Positions 1 through 9,691 of a DNA stretch of 64,000 nt are shown piece after piece. Every line of letters begins with the position of its first letter. Position 1 is the first letter of the stretch. The notes beneath the pieces are model-generated. The model searched no databases. It was not told the origin of the DNA and was given only the letters and a program-made list of their open reading frames with translations. Location: NCBI GenBank assembly GCA_043810925.1, contig JBDRNT010000069.1, forward strand, positions 83,273 through 147,272, in the 5' to 3' direction. The position numbers and the translations under genes were made by a program. The stretch is from Candidatus Eiseniibacteriota bacterium (GTDB lineage Bacteria > Arandabacterota > Arandabacteria > Arandabacterales > Arandabacteraceae).

Positions 1-579
1 CCGTTTGGTTTTCGTCATTCCCCTGAATACGACGTGACCCACATCAGCCTGCGGTCCGGCCGCAACATGGAGCCGAACCTCGACCCTTCCATCCCCCACA
101 GAGACCATCTCCGGCCGGACTGTACTCAGGGGGTAGCCGCGAAGATCGTAGAAGGCAAGTACTCGACCTATGCCCTTCTCAAGCGCCAGCTGCGAAAACG
201 GCCTGCCTGTCTGACCGGCGAACATCTTTTCTAGAACGGATGCCTCCCCGGCGGGCACACCGCTGATTCCGACCGACTCAAGGACGCTCGGCCGGCCTTC
301 CGAGATCGCTATCTCTATGGCCTCATCGGGCGGGGCGGCCCGCTCACACCTGACTTCAACATCAAGGTAGCCGCGTTCCCAGTAATGCGCCGCCACCTCG
401 TGGCAGATCGAATCCACACAAACCGAGTCGGACCGAGCACAGGCGATCTTGCCTATCCACTCAAGAATCGCGTCGTCCGATAGATCGGAGTTGCCGCTTA
501 TGTTGAAGTCAGCCGGGGCCGCGGTTCCGACCATGACGATCACAGCGGCCAGAAAGGCGAGTGTGCAGGGTAGCCTCAT
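1..579 (-). CDS. POTRA-domain Omp85 (BamA/TamA-like) protein, 5' part; runs off the window start
   Basis: Not in the ORF track; translated by hand from ATG at 579. Signal peptide MRLPCTLAFLAAVIVMVGTAAPA, then POTRA-type motifs: FNISGNSDLSDDAI, YWERGYLDVEV, IEIAISEGRP, FYDLRGYPLSTV, VVFRGMTKTKR. Open to position 1. Confidence 0.75.
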   Translation of the reverse strand, partial: MRLPCTLAFLAAVIVMVGTAAPADFNISGNSDLSDDAILEWIGKIACARSDSVCVDSICHEVAAHYWERGYLDVEVRCERAAPPDEAIEIAISEGRPSVLESVGISGVPAGEASVLEKMFAGQTGRPFSQLALEKGIGRVLAFYDLRGYPLSTVRPEMVSVGDGRVEVRLHVAAGPQADVGHVVFRGMTKTKR

Positions 580-588
580 ACCGCCCAC

Positions 589-3500
589 CTAGAACGTGGC
601 ACTCAAAGAGGCCTTGACATTGTGGATCGTCGGGATTCCGCTCGTTTTGCGTCCGGTGTATTCAAAGGAAACCGACGTGTACCTGCCGTGGCGGAGATTG
701 ACCCTCGAATTCCAGGTGAACGAATCCCGCACCGGGTAGAGGGTCGCACTGGAGTATTCCGAACGGATGACCCTCCTGAGACTGCAGCCCGCATCACAGC
801 GAAGGGCCCCGCTGAAGACGGTGATACCGGGGGAGGCGTTGACCTGCATAAAGGCTGATGTGGGTTCGGACCGCTCCTCATTGAGTAGTTCCAGCCGCAC
901 TTGACTCCGCACGGCCGACACGATATTCCGGTCAAGACTGAGATTGGTGCTCCAGGTGTCCCTCGTCGGTTCAACACTGCCGGACGTCATATCTATTGTC
1001 GATCTCGTCGCCGTCAACCTGCCGGCCAGGGTGACCCTCATCTTCTTAAAGGCGCTGCTCAGCAGCCGGGTCTGTAACTCCGTCGTCGTCTTGCTCTCTT
1101 TCCTCTCGATACACCTGTTGTCGCGAAACCTCGAACCCTTTGCGTTAAGTGTAAGCGTAAGACCTTTCCCGCGCCGGAAGACCAGCTCCTCGCTGACCGT
1201 CATCCTCCCGAAGACCATCTCGTCACTCCGAAGCAAGTGGGCGGGGTAAAGAAATGCAATCCGTTCCAATTCCTGTGTCGAACTCTCTCCCTCGATGTCG
1301 ATCCCGGTCCTTGCCGAGACAGCTCTATCCAGCAGGACCTTACCCCTTCTGCCCAGTTCGAGCACCAGGTCCGCCTTGACCCTTGTGACAGGCTCTTTCC
1401 CCTTCTCAGACCTCGACATCACGTACCCACCCGCACCCGGGACGTAGTTGCCGAGACTGTCATAGTCGCCGCCTCCGCTCACCTGTACCAGTTCGGCGTC
1501 ATAGACAGTCGTGAGCGCATTGGACAATCTGTAGTCGATTGACATGGAGCTGACCGCCAGGACATCCCGGAGATCGAAGTGGAAGTCACCGCTGGTGATC
1601 CGTTGTCCGCCTGCGGCCGTCTCCCGGGTATACTCTATCCTGCGCTGTGTTACTCCTCCTCTTATCAGGAGTCTTCTCTGCCGCGCCGTCTCAAACTCCA
1701 GCCTCCCCTCGACCTCGGATGAGTATTTGTCCCACCCGGCCCCCCTGTCCCTGTCCTCGGAGCCCGCGGAAAAAGCGAGCGAGACCTGCCCTCCGGTCCC
1801 GGACAGTTCCACTTGCGAGGAGTAATCCGTCCGCCGGGTGGATGTACTGTCGACGAGCTTCGACTTCGTCTCATGGTTGCGGCCCAGCGTAAGCTGCAGG
1901 AACTTGACCGGTATCCTGACGGCGATCCCGTTCCTGTCGATACCCTTCTCACTTGCGACCGACGACATCCGGGCGGTCTGTGAACTTGCGGTAAGCCCGA
2001 GACGCCTGTCTCCCAGTTCGAGCCCGGCCTTCCGCCTGAGCGACCGGCCCGAACTCGTTTCCATCGTGCCGATTTCAAACGACGATGCAACCATATCATT
2101 CAGCTTATAGTCGAGACCGATCTCGTTCGCGTCCTCAAAACCGTCCTCTGCATCCTGCGCCCAGACCTCCAGGAAGTCCGGTCTTCTGAGTCTGTCAAAC
2201 CCGATGTAGGTCTTCCCCACAGACCGTTTCTTCGCGCTCAGGCCGAGTGAGCCCACACTCCGTCCCCCAAGATCCGGAAGGTCCGATCTGCCCTGGACGG
2301 CCACGGTATAGGCCCTCCCCTCCTCTTCCTCCCAGGTTCCCGCCTCGGTCTTCGTATGTCCCTTTGACTGCGCCACCTCCGACGTCAACTCAAGCCACTC
2401 AGCCGGCCGGGCCGACGCACCCACATGAAAGACCCTGGCGCCAAGAGGCCGGCCAGCACGCACCTTGTCCAGGTATGCACCGGTACCGGTATAGACGTAG
2501 ACATAGACCGCCCATATCTCGGAGTAGATGTAGCTGTAGGTTCCCTCCCCCTCACCGACGAGTGTGAAGGTGACGTCGTAATCACCAAGACCTTCACCGA
2601 CATATTCGTAGTAAGCAACCGTGTCGCTTTCGATGCGGATGTAGGAGCCGCGACCCATCCCGGCAAACCTACCGCCATCGACCCACTCGCGGGCGCCGTC
2701 GGTTCCGCTCGCAAGCAGTTCAGCCCCGGCACCTGCTTGCTCCTCAGGCTGGTTCGCACCGGTCTCGCTTACGAAGTTGACCGCGACGGACGCCCGGTCT
2801 CCGATATCAAGACTCGACCGGCCGAAGTAGAACTGCCTGTTGCCGTCACGATCGGGGGACTCGTAGTCCACCACGATTCGTGCACCGTCTCTTACCAGAT
2901 GTCTGGGGTTAAAGCAGATTTCTCCCGATACGTAGTCGATCGTGTAGTCTGCGTTGTCCCCACGCTTCAGCGGTTTGCCGTCGAGCCAGACGGACTCACT
3001 CCCCCTGACTATGTCTGTCTTCTCGCCATCCGCACGCTGGACAACATAGGGGCCCGTTATGCCCTCTCTGCCTCTGATCACCACGGACTCGTAAGCGCTT
3101 CTTGAAGTGGCCCCGGACAGAGCCACACCCTTTGAACCATGTGAAGCATCCGCAAAAAAGCCGGTCATGCTTCTCCTGAACCGGAGCAACTCCCCCGGAG
3201 ATTCGTCTATTTCGAGGTCGCCGACCCTGGCATAGGCCCCGGAGGAGCGGACCTCCATGAAGACCCTGTCGAGATCTCTGAGTTTGCTGGTCGAGGTGCT
3301 ACGGCTCAGCGACATGTCCTTGTCGGTCAGCACACCTTTGACATCAACCCCCTCACCTATCTTCCCGCCGATCGAGAGATTCAGTGACTGGTTCATGCTG
3401 AAGTCGTTGAGCGTTCCGGTCTCCACGCTTACGGTCTTGGAACCGGACGCCCTGAGGTCATAACCCTTTTCCTTCTTTGCCGGCCGGATCTCCGCCCGCC

Positions 3501-3882
3501 GCGCGCCGAGACCGGGACCCGGAGCTTCATCGATTACCCTCAGGCTGTAGTCGGTCTTGAGCGGAAACGGGAAAACGGAGTACTTGATACGAACACATTC
3601 CTCAAGCGTGAGGCTGTCCGGGATAAGGACGATGCCCCGGGCATAATCCATCCGGTAGTCGGTTCCCCTTACCAGCATCCTAGCACCTGTCAATACGGTG
3701 TCGCTCGAGGCAATAATCAACCGGCGCGACAGATGGATCGCACCCGCACCCAGATCATCACCGCAGCGCACTTCCTCACGCTGACAGGATACGCTGACTC
3801 CCTCAGCGCGGATCCCCCCGGCAGAGGCCGAAAGCGCCACGGCAAGCACCACCCCGAGAACACTACTGCGTGGATGTCTCAA
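589..3882 (-). CDS. Large (~1100 aa) predicted outer-membrane beta-barrel protein with SprA/Sov-like motifs
   Basis: ORF 589..4023. Likely start is TTG at 3882 (GAGGT 8 nt upstream, followed by a signal peptide). Motifs SLNLSIGGKIGEGVDVKG and IVRGSESVWLDGKPLKRGDNADYTIDYVSGEI; amphipathic beta-strands; terminal Phe (ASLSATF). Confidence 0.7.
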   Translation of the reverse strand: MRHPRSSVLGVVLAVALSASAGGIRAEGVSVSCQREEVRCGDDLGAGAIHLSRRLIIASSDTVLTGARMLVRGTDYRMDYARGIVLIPDSLTLEECVRIKYSVFPFPLKTDYSLRVIDEAPGPGLGARRAEIRPAKKEKGYDLRASGSKTVSVETGTLNDFSMNQSLNLSIGGKIGEGVDVKGVLTDKDMSLSRSTSTSKLRDLDRVFMEVRSSGAYARVGDLEIDESPGELLRFRRSMTGFFADASHGSKGVALSGATSRSAYESVVIRGREGITGPYVVQRADGEKTDIVRGSESVWLDGKPLKRGDNADYTIDYVSGEICFNPRHLVRDGARIVVDYESPDRDGNRQFYFGRSSLDIGDRASVAVNFVSETGANQPEEQAGAGAELLASGTDGAREWVDGGRFAGMGRGSYIRIESDTVAYYEYVGEGLGDYDVTFTLVGEGEGTYSYIYSEIWAVYVYVYTGTGAYLDKVRAGRPLGARVFHVGASARPAEWLELTSEVAQSKGHTKTEAGTWEEEEGRAYTVAVQGRSDLPDLGGRSVGSLGLSAKKRSVGKTYIGFDRLRRPDFLEVWAQDAEDGFEDANEIGLDYKLNDMVASSFEIGTMETSSGRSLRRKAGLELGDRRLGLTASSQTARMSSVASEKGIDRNGIAVRIPVKFLQLTLGRNHETKSKLVDSTSTRRTDYSSQVELSGTGGQVSLAFSAGSEDRDRGAGWDKYSSEVEGRLEFETARQRRLLIRGGVTQRRIEYTRETAAGGQRITSGDFHFDLRDVLAVSSMSIDYRLSNALTTVYDAELVQVSGGGDYDSLGNYVPGAGGYVMSRSEKGKEPVTRVKADLVLELGRRGKVLLDRAVSARTGIDIEGESSTQELERIAFLYPAHLLRSDEMVFGRMTVSEELVFRRGKGLTLTLNAKGSRFRDNRCIERKESKTTTELQTRLLSSAFKKMRVTLAGRLTATRSTIDMTSGSVEPTRDTWSTNLSLDRNIVSAVRSQVRLELLNEERSEPTSAFMQVNASPGITVFSGALRCDAGCSLRRVIRSEYSSATLYPVRDSFTWNSRVNLRHGRYTSVSFEYTGRKTSGIPTIHNVKASLSATF

Positions 3883-4786
3883 TCCTGAATACCTCGATCG
3901 ACATACTTCCGGGATCGGCCACACAGACGACACCGTCATCCCGGCAAGCGATGAATGCGGGCATCTCGAGCAAGCCCTCACCGAATGAGCTGATGAACCC
4001 GCCGTCGGCAGAGAACACGGCAATCACGGCGCGCTCTGAATCCGATACCAGCACGTACCGGTCAAGATATGACGCGAGCCCGAACGGGCTCTGGAAATCG
4101 AAACCGACGAGCGCTTTGCGGGGTTTTCCAAAGGGGCTCAGCATCAGCACCTGCTCGGAGAATGCCTCGGTCACAAACACGTTTCCGAGTTTCCCGGTAA
4201 GGCAATCCACCGGGTATGTACCACCATCACCGCTTGAGACCACAGCCTCAATCGGCTCGCTATCCCCCGATAGATCCACAATGCGGATCGTACCCGCAAT
4301 GCCCATGGCAGCGTAGATCTGCTCCGGCTTCCCCAGACCGAGCCCCGTAAGACCTTCCCCGACCTCCCTTGCCGACACAAACTCCCCCCAGCGGTCATAG
4401 ACCAGGATCGATCCGGCGGTCTTCTCAGAAACGTAAACGCCCGCAGCGTTACCGGTCTCGATGTCTATCAGCTGGCAGTCACTGAACTCATCCGGACATC
4501 GCGCAAAGAGAGTGATACCATCAAGCGAATCCGGTAGCACAAAGATCCTCGAGTTATCCGAATCAATCACATAGAGTTCGCCGAACAATCCGAAGTCCAG
4601 GCCGAGTGGGGCGAACGCAAAACCGCTTCCGGACTCCTCGCATGGAATGGACTTCAGGTGTCGTGTCGAGATCTCACTGGATCCGCCGCCGGCGGGCTCC
4701 GAGCATGAAGCGAGGCCGGCAGCCCCGATACACGCCACCGCTGCCAGCAGTGATACACGTCTCATTATCTGTAGAGGTAACATCAA
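3863..4786 (-). CDS. NHL-repeat beta-propeller lipoprotein
   Basis: Lipobox-like GLASC; repeats such as PLGLDFGLFGELYVIDSDNSRIFV and PFGLASYLDRYVLVSDSERAVIAVFSADG. Start may be 4765. Confidence 0.75.
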   Translation of the reverse strand: MMLPLQIMRRVSLLAAVACIGAAGLASCSEPAGGGSSEISTRHLKSIPCEESGSGFAFAPLGLDFGLFGELYVIDSDNSRIFVLPDSLDGITLFARCPDEFSDCQLIDIETGNAAGVYVSEKTAGSILVYDRWGEFVSAREVGEGLTGLGLGKPEQIYAAMGIAGTIRIVDLSGDSEPIEAVVSSGDGGTYPVDCLTGKLGNVFVTEAFSEQVLMLSPFGKPRKALVGFDFQSPFGLASYLDRYVLVSDSERAVIAVFSADGGFISSFGEGLLEMPAFIACRDDGVVCVADPGSMSIEVFRIETSTQ

Positions 4787-5469
4787 AATGATGTGGAAAG
4801 GTAGAACCTGTAACTGTCCTGCGCCCTCTTTTCAACCCTCAAACTGGGATATGAGGACCGCTCGCCACGGTCTGCGAGTCTGAAGGTAAGATAGATGTCT
4901 ATCATGCTGACCACCCGGTTTAAGACGGCGAACCCCGTGGTCAATACGGCGTGTCTGTACGATCCGCGGCTCAGGGTACGCGTTTTTGCGAACTCGTCCC
5001 GCTTCTCCGCACTCTCCCACTCCCACGCGGAGGTCCCGAAATAACCATTCGCGTCGAAATAGGCCAGCTGATCCTCTTTGTCATCCGGGTACAGATAACG
5101 TGCTTCACGCATTACGTCTATATTGTAATCCTCATTGGAGCCGTAGTAGGCCAGGGCGATTGCGTAGTCATCGGCGATATCACCCCCGACGCCCGCAAAC
5201 AGCCTTGCCATTTCCTTGTACTTGTCCTTCCTCATGCCACCCTGGATCCGGTAACCGGCAAACGCTGTCCAGACCCCTGCTTCGGCTACATACATCATCC
5301 GCGCTCTGCCATGGTTACCGAGATAGTGCTGGCCCGCACCGGGCAAAACGAGAGAATACAACAGAGCCTTACGGAGTGACCTGTCCCCACCGCCATCATC
5401 ACAGTAGCCGGCTGCCACACACCCCAGCAGGGTTACCGCAACCACACAGAACTTAAGTGTATATCTCAT
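4783..5469 (-). CDS. DUF5683-like membrane protein
   Basis: Signal peptide; KALLYSLVLPGAGQHYLG motif; C-terminal NRVVSMID helix; terminal Phe. Confidence 0.65.
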   Translation of the reverse strand: MRYTLKFCVVAVTLLGCVAAGYCDDGGGDRSLRKALLYSLVLPGAGQHYLGNHGRARMMYVAEAGVWTAFAGYRIQGGMRKDKYKEMARLFAGVGGDIADDYAIALAYYGSNEDYNIDVMREARYLYPDDKEDQLAYFDANGYFGTSAWEWESAEKRDEFAKTRTLSRGSYRHAVLTTGFAVLNRVVSMIDIYLTFRLADRGERSSYPSLRVEKRAQDSYRFYLSTSF

Positions 5470-5472
5470 GTA

Positions 5473-6390
5473 TCAGAACCTCATCTTCAGACCGACTTTG
5501 ACATTCGGGTTGCTGCCCAGCCTGGCCTTGAAGGTCAGACGCGGGTTCGTGCCGACACCGGCAAGATCCCGGTTCCTGAACTTGGCCATGATCGCCGCGT
5601 CGACCATGCTGACAACTCTGCCTATTACCATCACCCATGCATAGCGATCGGCCTTGCCATAGAAATCATCCGCTTCCGCCCGCATGCCCTGATACTGTGT
5701 CCTGTTAGAAGAAGTACTGGGAATTCCCGCGGGCAACGTACCGTAGGGATCCCAGTCCACCCAGAGCTCCTCGGGGAACTGCACATCACCTGTACTCCAG
5801 TCATCCCACCCAAACACATATCTGTCCTCTGCACCTATCTGTTCGTAGAAGGCCCCACTGCCTTGATCTGACAGCGGGAACACCACATGTATCTCCTCCC
5901 AGCATCTCAAACTGTCGTAGATCCCGGGATCGGTACAAAAGCCGAAGTCACCGTAGCCACTGTGGACTGCGATCGTGTCGCGCACGTACCCGGTGAAGCG
6001 CTGCGTGCTGTAGTGGTCTTCGGCCCAGGCTTCGTACTCGCCCTTCTTGTCGTCCCCCTTGCCTGTGTTGTTGAAATATCTCCACATGGAAAAGAGATCA
6101 GCAGCAGCCATCACTCCTCCGCTCGCATAGCCCCTTCTCCCACCCACATAGGCCTGTCCAAGCCCCGGGAGAACCGCGGACAGCAGCATGGCTTTTGCCA
6201 CCGACTTGCGGTGCAGCACGACACTCCCGCCGACCTCTACAGGCGCATCCTGTCCACCTTCATCGGTGATATTGCCGATACTGGCCCTGGCCTTTACATC
6301 AAGGTCATCATCCATGCCGCAGACATTGGAGAGAGTTACAAACGTCAGCAGGACGAACCCCGCTACCAAGATGCTGAACCGGTGCGCCAT
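5473..6390 (-). CDS. DUF5683-like membrane protein (paralog of the adjacent gene)
   Basis: Signal peptide; KAMLLSAVLPGLGQAYVG motif; GRVVSMVDA; terminal Phe. Confidence 0.65.
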   Translation of the reverse strand: MAHRFSILVAGFVLLTFVTLSNVCGMDDDLDVKARASIGNITDEGGQDAPVEVGGSVVLHRKSVAKAMLLSAVLPGLGQAYVGGRRGYASGGVMAAADLFSMWRYFNNTGKGDDKKGEYEAWAEDHYSTQRFTGYVRDTIAVHSGYGDFGFCTDPGIYDSLRCWEEIHVVFPLSDQGSGAFYEQIGAEDRYVFGWDDWSTGDVQFPEELWVDWDPYGTLPAGIPSTSSNRTQYQGMRAEADDFYGKADRYAWVMVIGRVVSMVDAAIMAKFRNRDLAGVGTNPRLTFKARLGSNPNVKVGLKMRF

Positions 6391-6400
6391 GCCCTACCTC

Positions 6401-9400
6401 CTACCTCTTTACGGCCAATTTGAAGAACTCACTGGTCCGGGCACCGTTGCCCTCAAGACTCAGCCTGCAGACATAAAGCCCGCTTCCCAGGTCGCTGATA
6501 TCCACGTCCGGGACTGTCACCTTCGGTACCTGCGATTCGGCATTGTATCTTACGGTCTTGACTATAGTACCTGTTACATCGAAGACCTCTATCGTCACCG
6601 CACCACCGGTGTCGGTCTCAAACCGGAAACTGACTTCATTCCCGCCGCCCTCGCTGCTGTACGCAACACCGGCCGGGTTGGGAAATGCGTGGAAACTGCC
6701 TTTGACAAGCAACCTGCTGCCCGGCTGCGGTGCATCGGGCATCTGATCGATTGGATAGACACAGTTCCTGCTTGAGTCGAAATACGCCGTCTTCCATGGG
6801 GCCGGATTCGTATCGGTCTGTCCCGGATGCAAAAATGCATAGACTGAACCGTCTCCCCCACCGGTCACGAGCTCAAGCCTGCCGTCCCCGTCGAGATCGC
6901 CCAACGCTGCCGCCGAGCATCCTCCCCCGAGTGTTACCGGAAAACCGCTCATCCTCTTACCGCCCGCTTCCCACGCGGTGATACACTCAAACAGCGTGCC
7001 CTGTATTACATCTATTGCCCCATCACCATCGAGATCGCTCGCAATCGGCGATGGAACCGATATCGTCGTGTCCGCCGGATAGTAGTCCTCGTCCCACTCG
7101 GGCAGGGCGCAGCCATAGCGTGAATTAGGCCACCCGTCGGCAGGGCTACCGCTTCGAAGCACCACCCAGCTCTTGTGCTCGTCATCGTTCAGGATCATCT
7201 CCAGGTAGCCGTCCCCGTTGACGTCTGCGATAGCCGGAGGGGAGACCACACCCCTGCATACTCTCCTGCCCCACCCCGGTAACTCCCGTCCCTCACCATC
7301 CACGACCCACATCCATCCGTTGTCGCCCACGACTATGATCTCATATGCAGGCTCCCCGGCCCTGTCAAGATCTGCGGCCGCCAGATAGACATGTCCGGGA
7401 TCCAGGTCACAGGAGAACGGGTAGGTGGCAATTACCCGGCGGGCTGAGTAGGAATACACTACGATCTCACCCGTTCTGTAGTATACAATCTCCGCGCCGA
7501 TCGAGTCGGGAAGGAGATCACATACAACCGGCCGGCTGAATCCACCGTCATCACCTCCGTCCAGGCGAAGGTCTATCACCAGGTTGCCGGGCAGACCGCC
7601 GAGGACATACAACGCAGAGTCTGTTGCGACGATTGCCTCATCGTGCCCGTCCCCACCAAGATCGTATGCAACCACCACACCGTTCACGTGACCGTTGACC
7701 GTGTAAAACGCTCCACGCCAGTCGGCACCGAAGAAATAGGGCGAGCCACCGGCCGTGAAGGCATAGAGATGATCGGTCTCGTCACTGAACACCACCTCAT
7801 CGACCCCGTCACCGTCAAGATCCGCTGCGACCAGTTCCGTGGGATGCGACCCATGAGGCCTTTTCGGCCAACCCGGCAAGCTCACCGGACTGCCGGCTTC
7901 GTCGAGCTCGTAGGCGTCTATTCGAGATCGCTCCCAGACCACCCCCGCAGTGTCCCAGTATGCCCGCTTAAGAGCAGACCTTATCTCGGCCCTGCCGTTA
8001 CCATCCAGGTCCGAAACGAGAAGTGAAGGCACACCAAAACGCATAGAGTCTCCCAAGGCGTACGGGAAGCCGGGTCTACTCCAACTATACGAAACACGGA
8101 GATCCATGGAAAGACCGGAATCGCTTATCTGGTCGATGACCACATGTGAATGACAGCCGGTATTACTGCGTGTGTTGGGATAGGTGTCATCGGCCATCCT
8201 GTCGTTATTACCGCGTCTGAAGGGGTCGTCGGGTCCGCCGAGAAAATAGAACGAATTGAAGTCACCCAGATCCGGGATACCGTCCGCCTCTTTGAGCGTC
8301 AGACCGCGCCGCTCGGGAAACGCATTGATGAGATCAAATGGACCGAGCCAGTCGATCCAGGCAGCGTCCGCGTGCCAGATCAGAAGTCCGCTCCCCGGAA
8401 GCACGAAGTCGTACTCGTAGTTCAGGTTATCGTTTCCGTCAGCCGGCCCGATTATCACGCCCGTTGAATCTTCGCTTGGATCGGTGAGCACGTAGGCCGA
8501 GTCGTTTCCATCAAGGTCGGCCTGCCTGTTCTCTATGAGGTAGCACTCGTTTGAGTTTATCGGTACTGCAAGCACGTCCGTGTTGGGAAACTCACCCTGG
8601 AGCTCGGTGGCATCAAGAGTGAACGATCCCCCGCCGACAACCGTATCGGCAACGGCCCAGCCGAGCTCGATCTTGCTCCATGCGGATATCGAAGCCGGCA
8701 GGATGCCGGATACATAGTATGCCTCCCCGGTTCGCTCATCCTCCACCACCACCCCTACACCCGAGCCGAAGTCCATCAGGTCCCAGTAGCCGACAACACT
8801 CATGCCCGAGTAGGTGTCATACAGATCGGGCAGCCCCAGCTGATGGCCCACCTCATGCGCGAGCACACCGTTGAGGCCGTTAAAGAAGTCATCCTGGCTG
8901 GTCGTCTCCGGGACGACGCTACCGTCGACGATGAAGTGGGTACCGCCTTCCACCTCGATGCTGTCGCCGATCGATATGAAGAATGAGGGAATGTCATAAG
9001 GCGTATCGCCGTATATGTCGTTCTGCCAGTCCGAGCCGGCATGGAAGATCACCACGGCATCGAACTCGCGGAAGTCAAGATCAGGGTCCTGGTCGGCAAC
9101 GGTGATCGCATCACGGAAGAAAAGATCGAGACCGTCAAGCGACCACGTGTAGACCCCGCCACTGGGATTATAGTCGCCGATATCGGGAAGTACGTAGGCG
9201 GCGTCGTTTGCGAGTGGAAAGACCTCCGACTCGATCTTAAGACTTCCATAGGACATGGCGTCGTAGTAGTGGGCAAGTGCTTCCATGTGCTTGGAGAAGT
9301 ACTTGCGGTCATGAGGTGACGGGTCGATCGGAATCTCTTCCCGTTTGTCTCTGAGATCGAATCTTCCGCCGGCACCGGTGATCCCCGAAGGGTCCGGGAC

Positions 9401-9679
9401 GCGTGCGAACTCCACCCGGATCGCACAGATCCGAAGCACATCCTGTATCTCCTGGGCCGCCGTCATGGGGCCCTTCCTCTGCCTTGAGGTCAGGAGTTTC
9501 CTGGTTGACGGCATATCCTTAATCGGGGCGTTTATCCACCGCTTGAGCCGCTTGTCCATCAAACTCTGGAACTCGGCGTTCTCACCGGGCGGTCTGACCT
9601 TGACGACCCCGGCACACACCAGTTCCCCAGCTGCCACCACCCACACCAGAATCATTATCAATGTCAGAGTTGTCTTCAC
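6401..9679 (-). CDS. M6 (immune inhibitor A-like) metallopeptidase with FG-GAP repeats and a T9SS-type C-terminal domain
   Basis: HEVGHQLGLPDLY, WDLMDFGS, AWSKIELGW and YLIENRQ motifs; DLDGDG repeats; C-terminal FPNP...EVFDVTG...SGLYVCRL...KLAVKR. Confidence 0.85.
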   Translation of the reverse strand: MKTTLTLIMILVWVVAAGELVCAGVVKVRPPGENAEFQSLMDKRLKRWINAPIKDMPSTRKLLTSRQRKGPMTAAQEIQDVLRICAIRVEFARVPDPSGITGAGGRFDLRDKREEIPIDPSPHDRKYFSKHMEALAHYYDAMSYGSLKIESEVFPLANDAAYVLPDIGDYNPSGGVYTWSLDGLDLFFRDAITVADQDPDLDFREFDAVVIFHAGSDWQNDIYGDTPYDIPSFFISIGDSIEVEGGTHFIVDGSVVPETTSQDDFFNGLNGVLAHEVGHQLGLPDLYDTYSGMSVVGYWDLMDFGSGVGVVVEDERTGEAYYVSGILPASISAWSKIELGWAVADTVVGGGSFTLDATELQGEFPNTDVLAVPINSNECYLIENRQADLDGNDSAYVLTDPSEDSTGVIIGPADGNDNLNYEYDFVLPGSGLLIWHADAAWIDWLGPFDLINAFPERRGLTLKEADGIPDLGDFNSFYFLGGPDDPFRRGNNDRMADDTYPNTRSNTGCHSHVVIDQISDSGLSMDLRVSYSWSRPGFPYALGDSMRFGVPSLLVSDLDGNGRAEIRSALKRAYWDTAGVVWERSRIDAYELDEAGSPVSLPGWPKRPHGSHPTELVAADLDGDGVDEVVFSDETDHLYAFTAGGSPYFFGADWRGAFYTVNGHVNGVVVAYDLGGDGHDEAIVATDSALYVLGGLPGNLVIDLRLDGGDDGGFSRPVVCDLLPDSIGAEIVYYRTGEIVVYSYSARRVIATYPFSCDLDPGHVYLAAADLDRAGEPAYEIIVVGDNGWMWVVDGEGRELPGWGRRVCRGVVSPPAIADVNGDGYLEMILNDDEHKSWVVLRSGSPADGWPNSRYGCALPEWDEDYYPADTTISVPSPIASDLDGDGAIDVIQGTLFECITAWEAGGKRMSGFPVTLGGGCSAAALGDLDGDGRLELVTGGGDGSVYAFLHPGQTDTNPAPWKTAYFDSSRNCVYPIDQMPDAPQPGSRLLVKGSFHAFPNPAGVAYSSEGGGNEVSFRFETDTGGAVTIEVFDVTGTIVKTVRYNAESQVPKVTVPDVDISDLGSGLYVCRLSLEGNGARTSEFFKLAVKR

Positions 9680-9691
9680 AAAGAACGCTCC

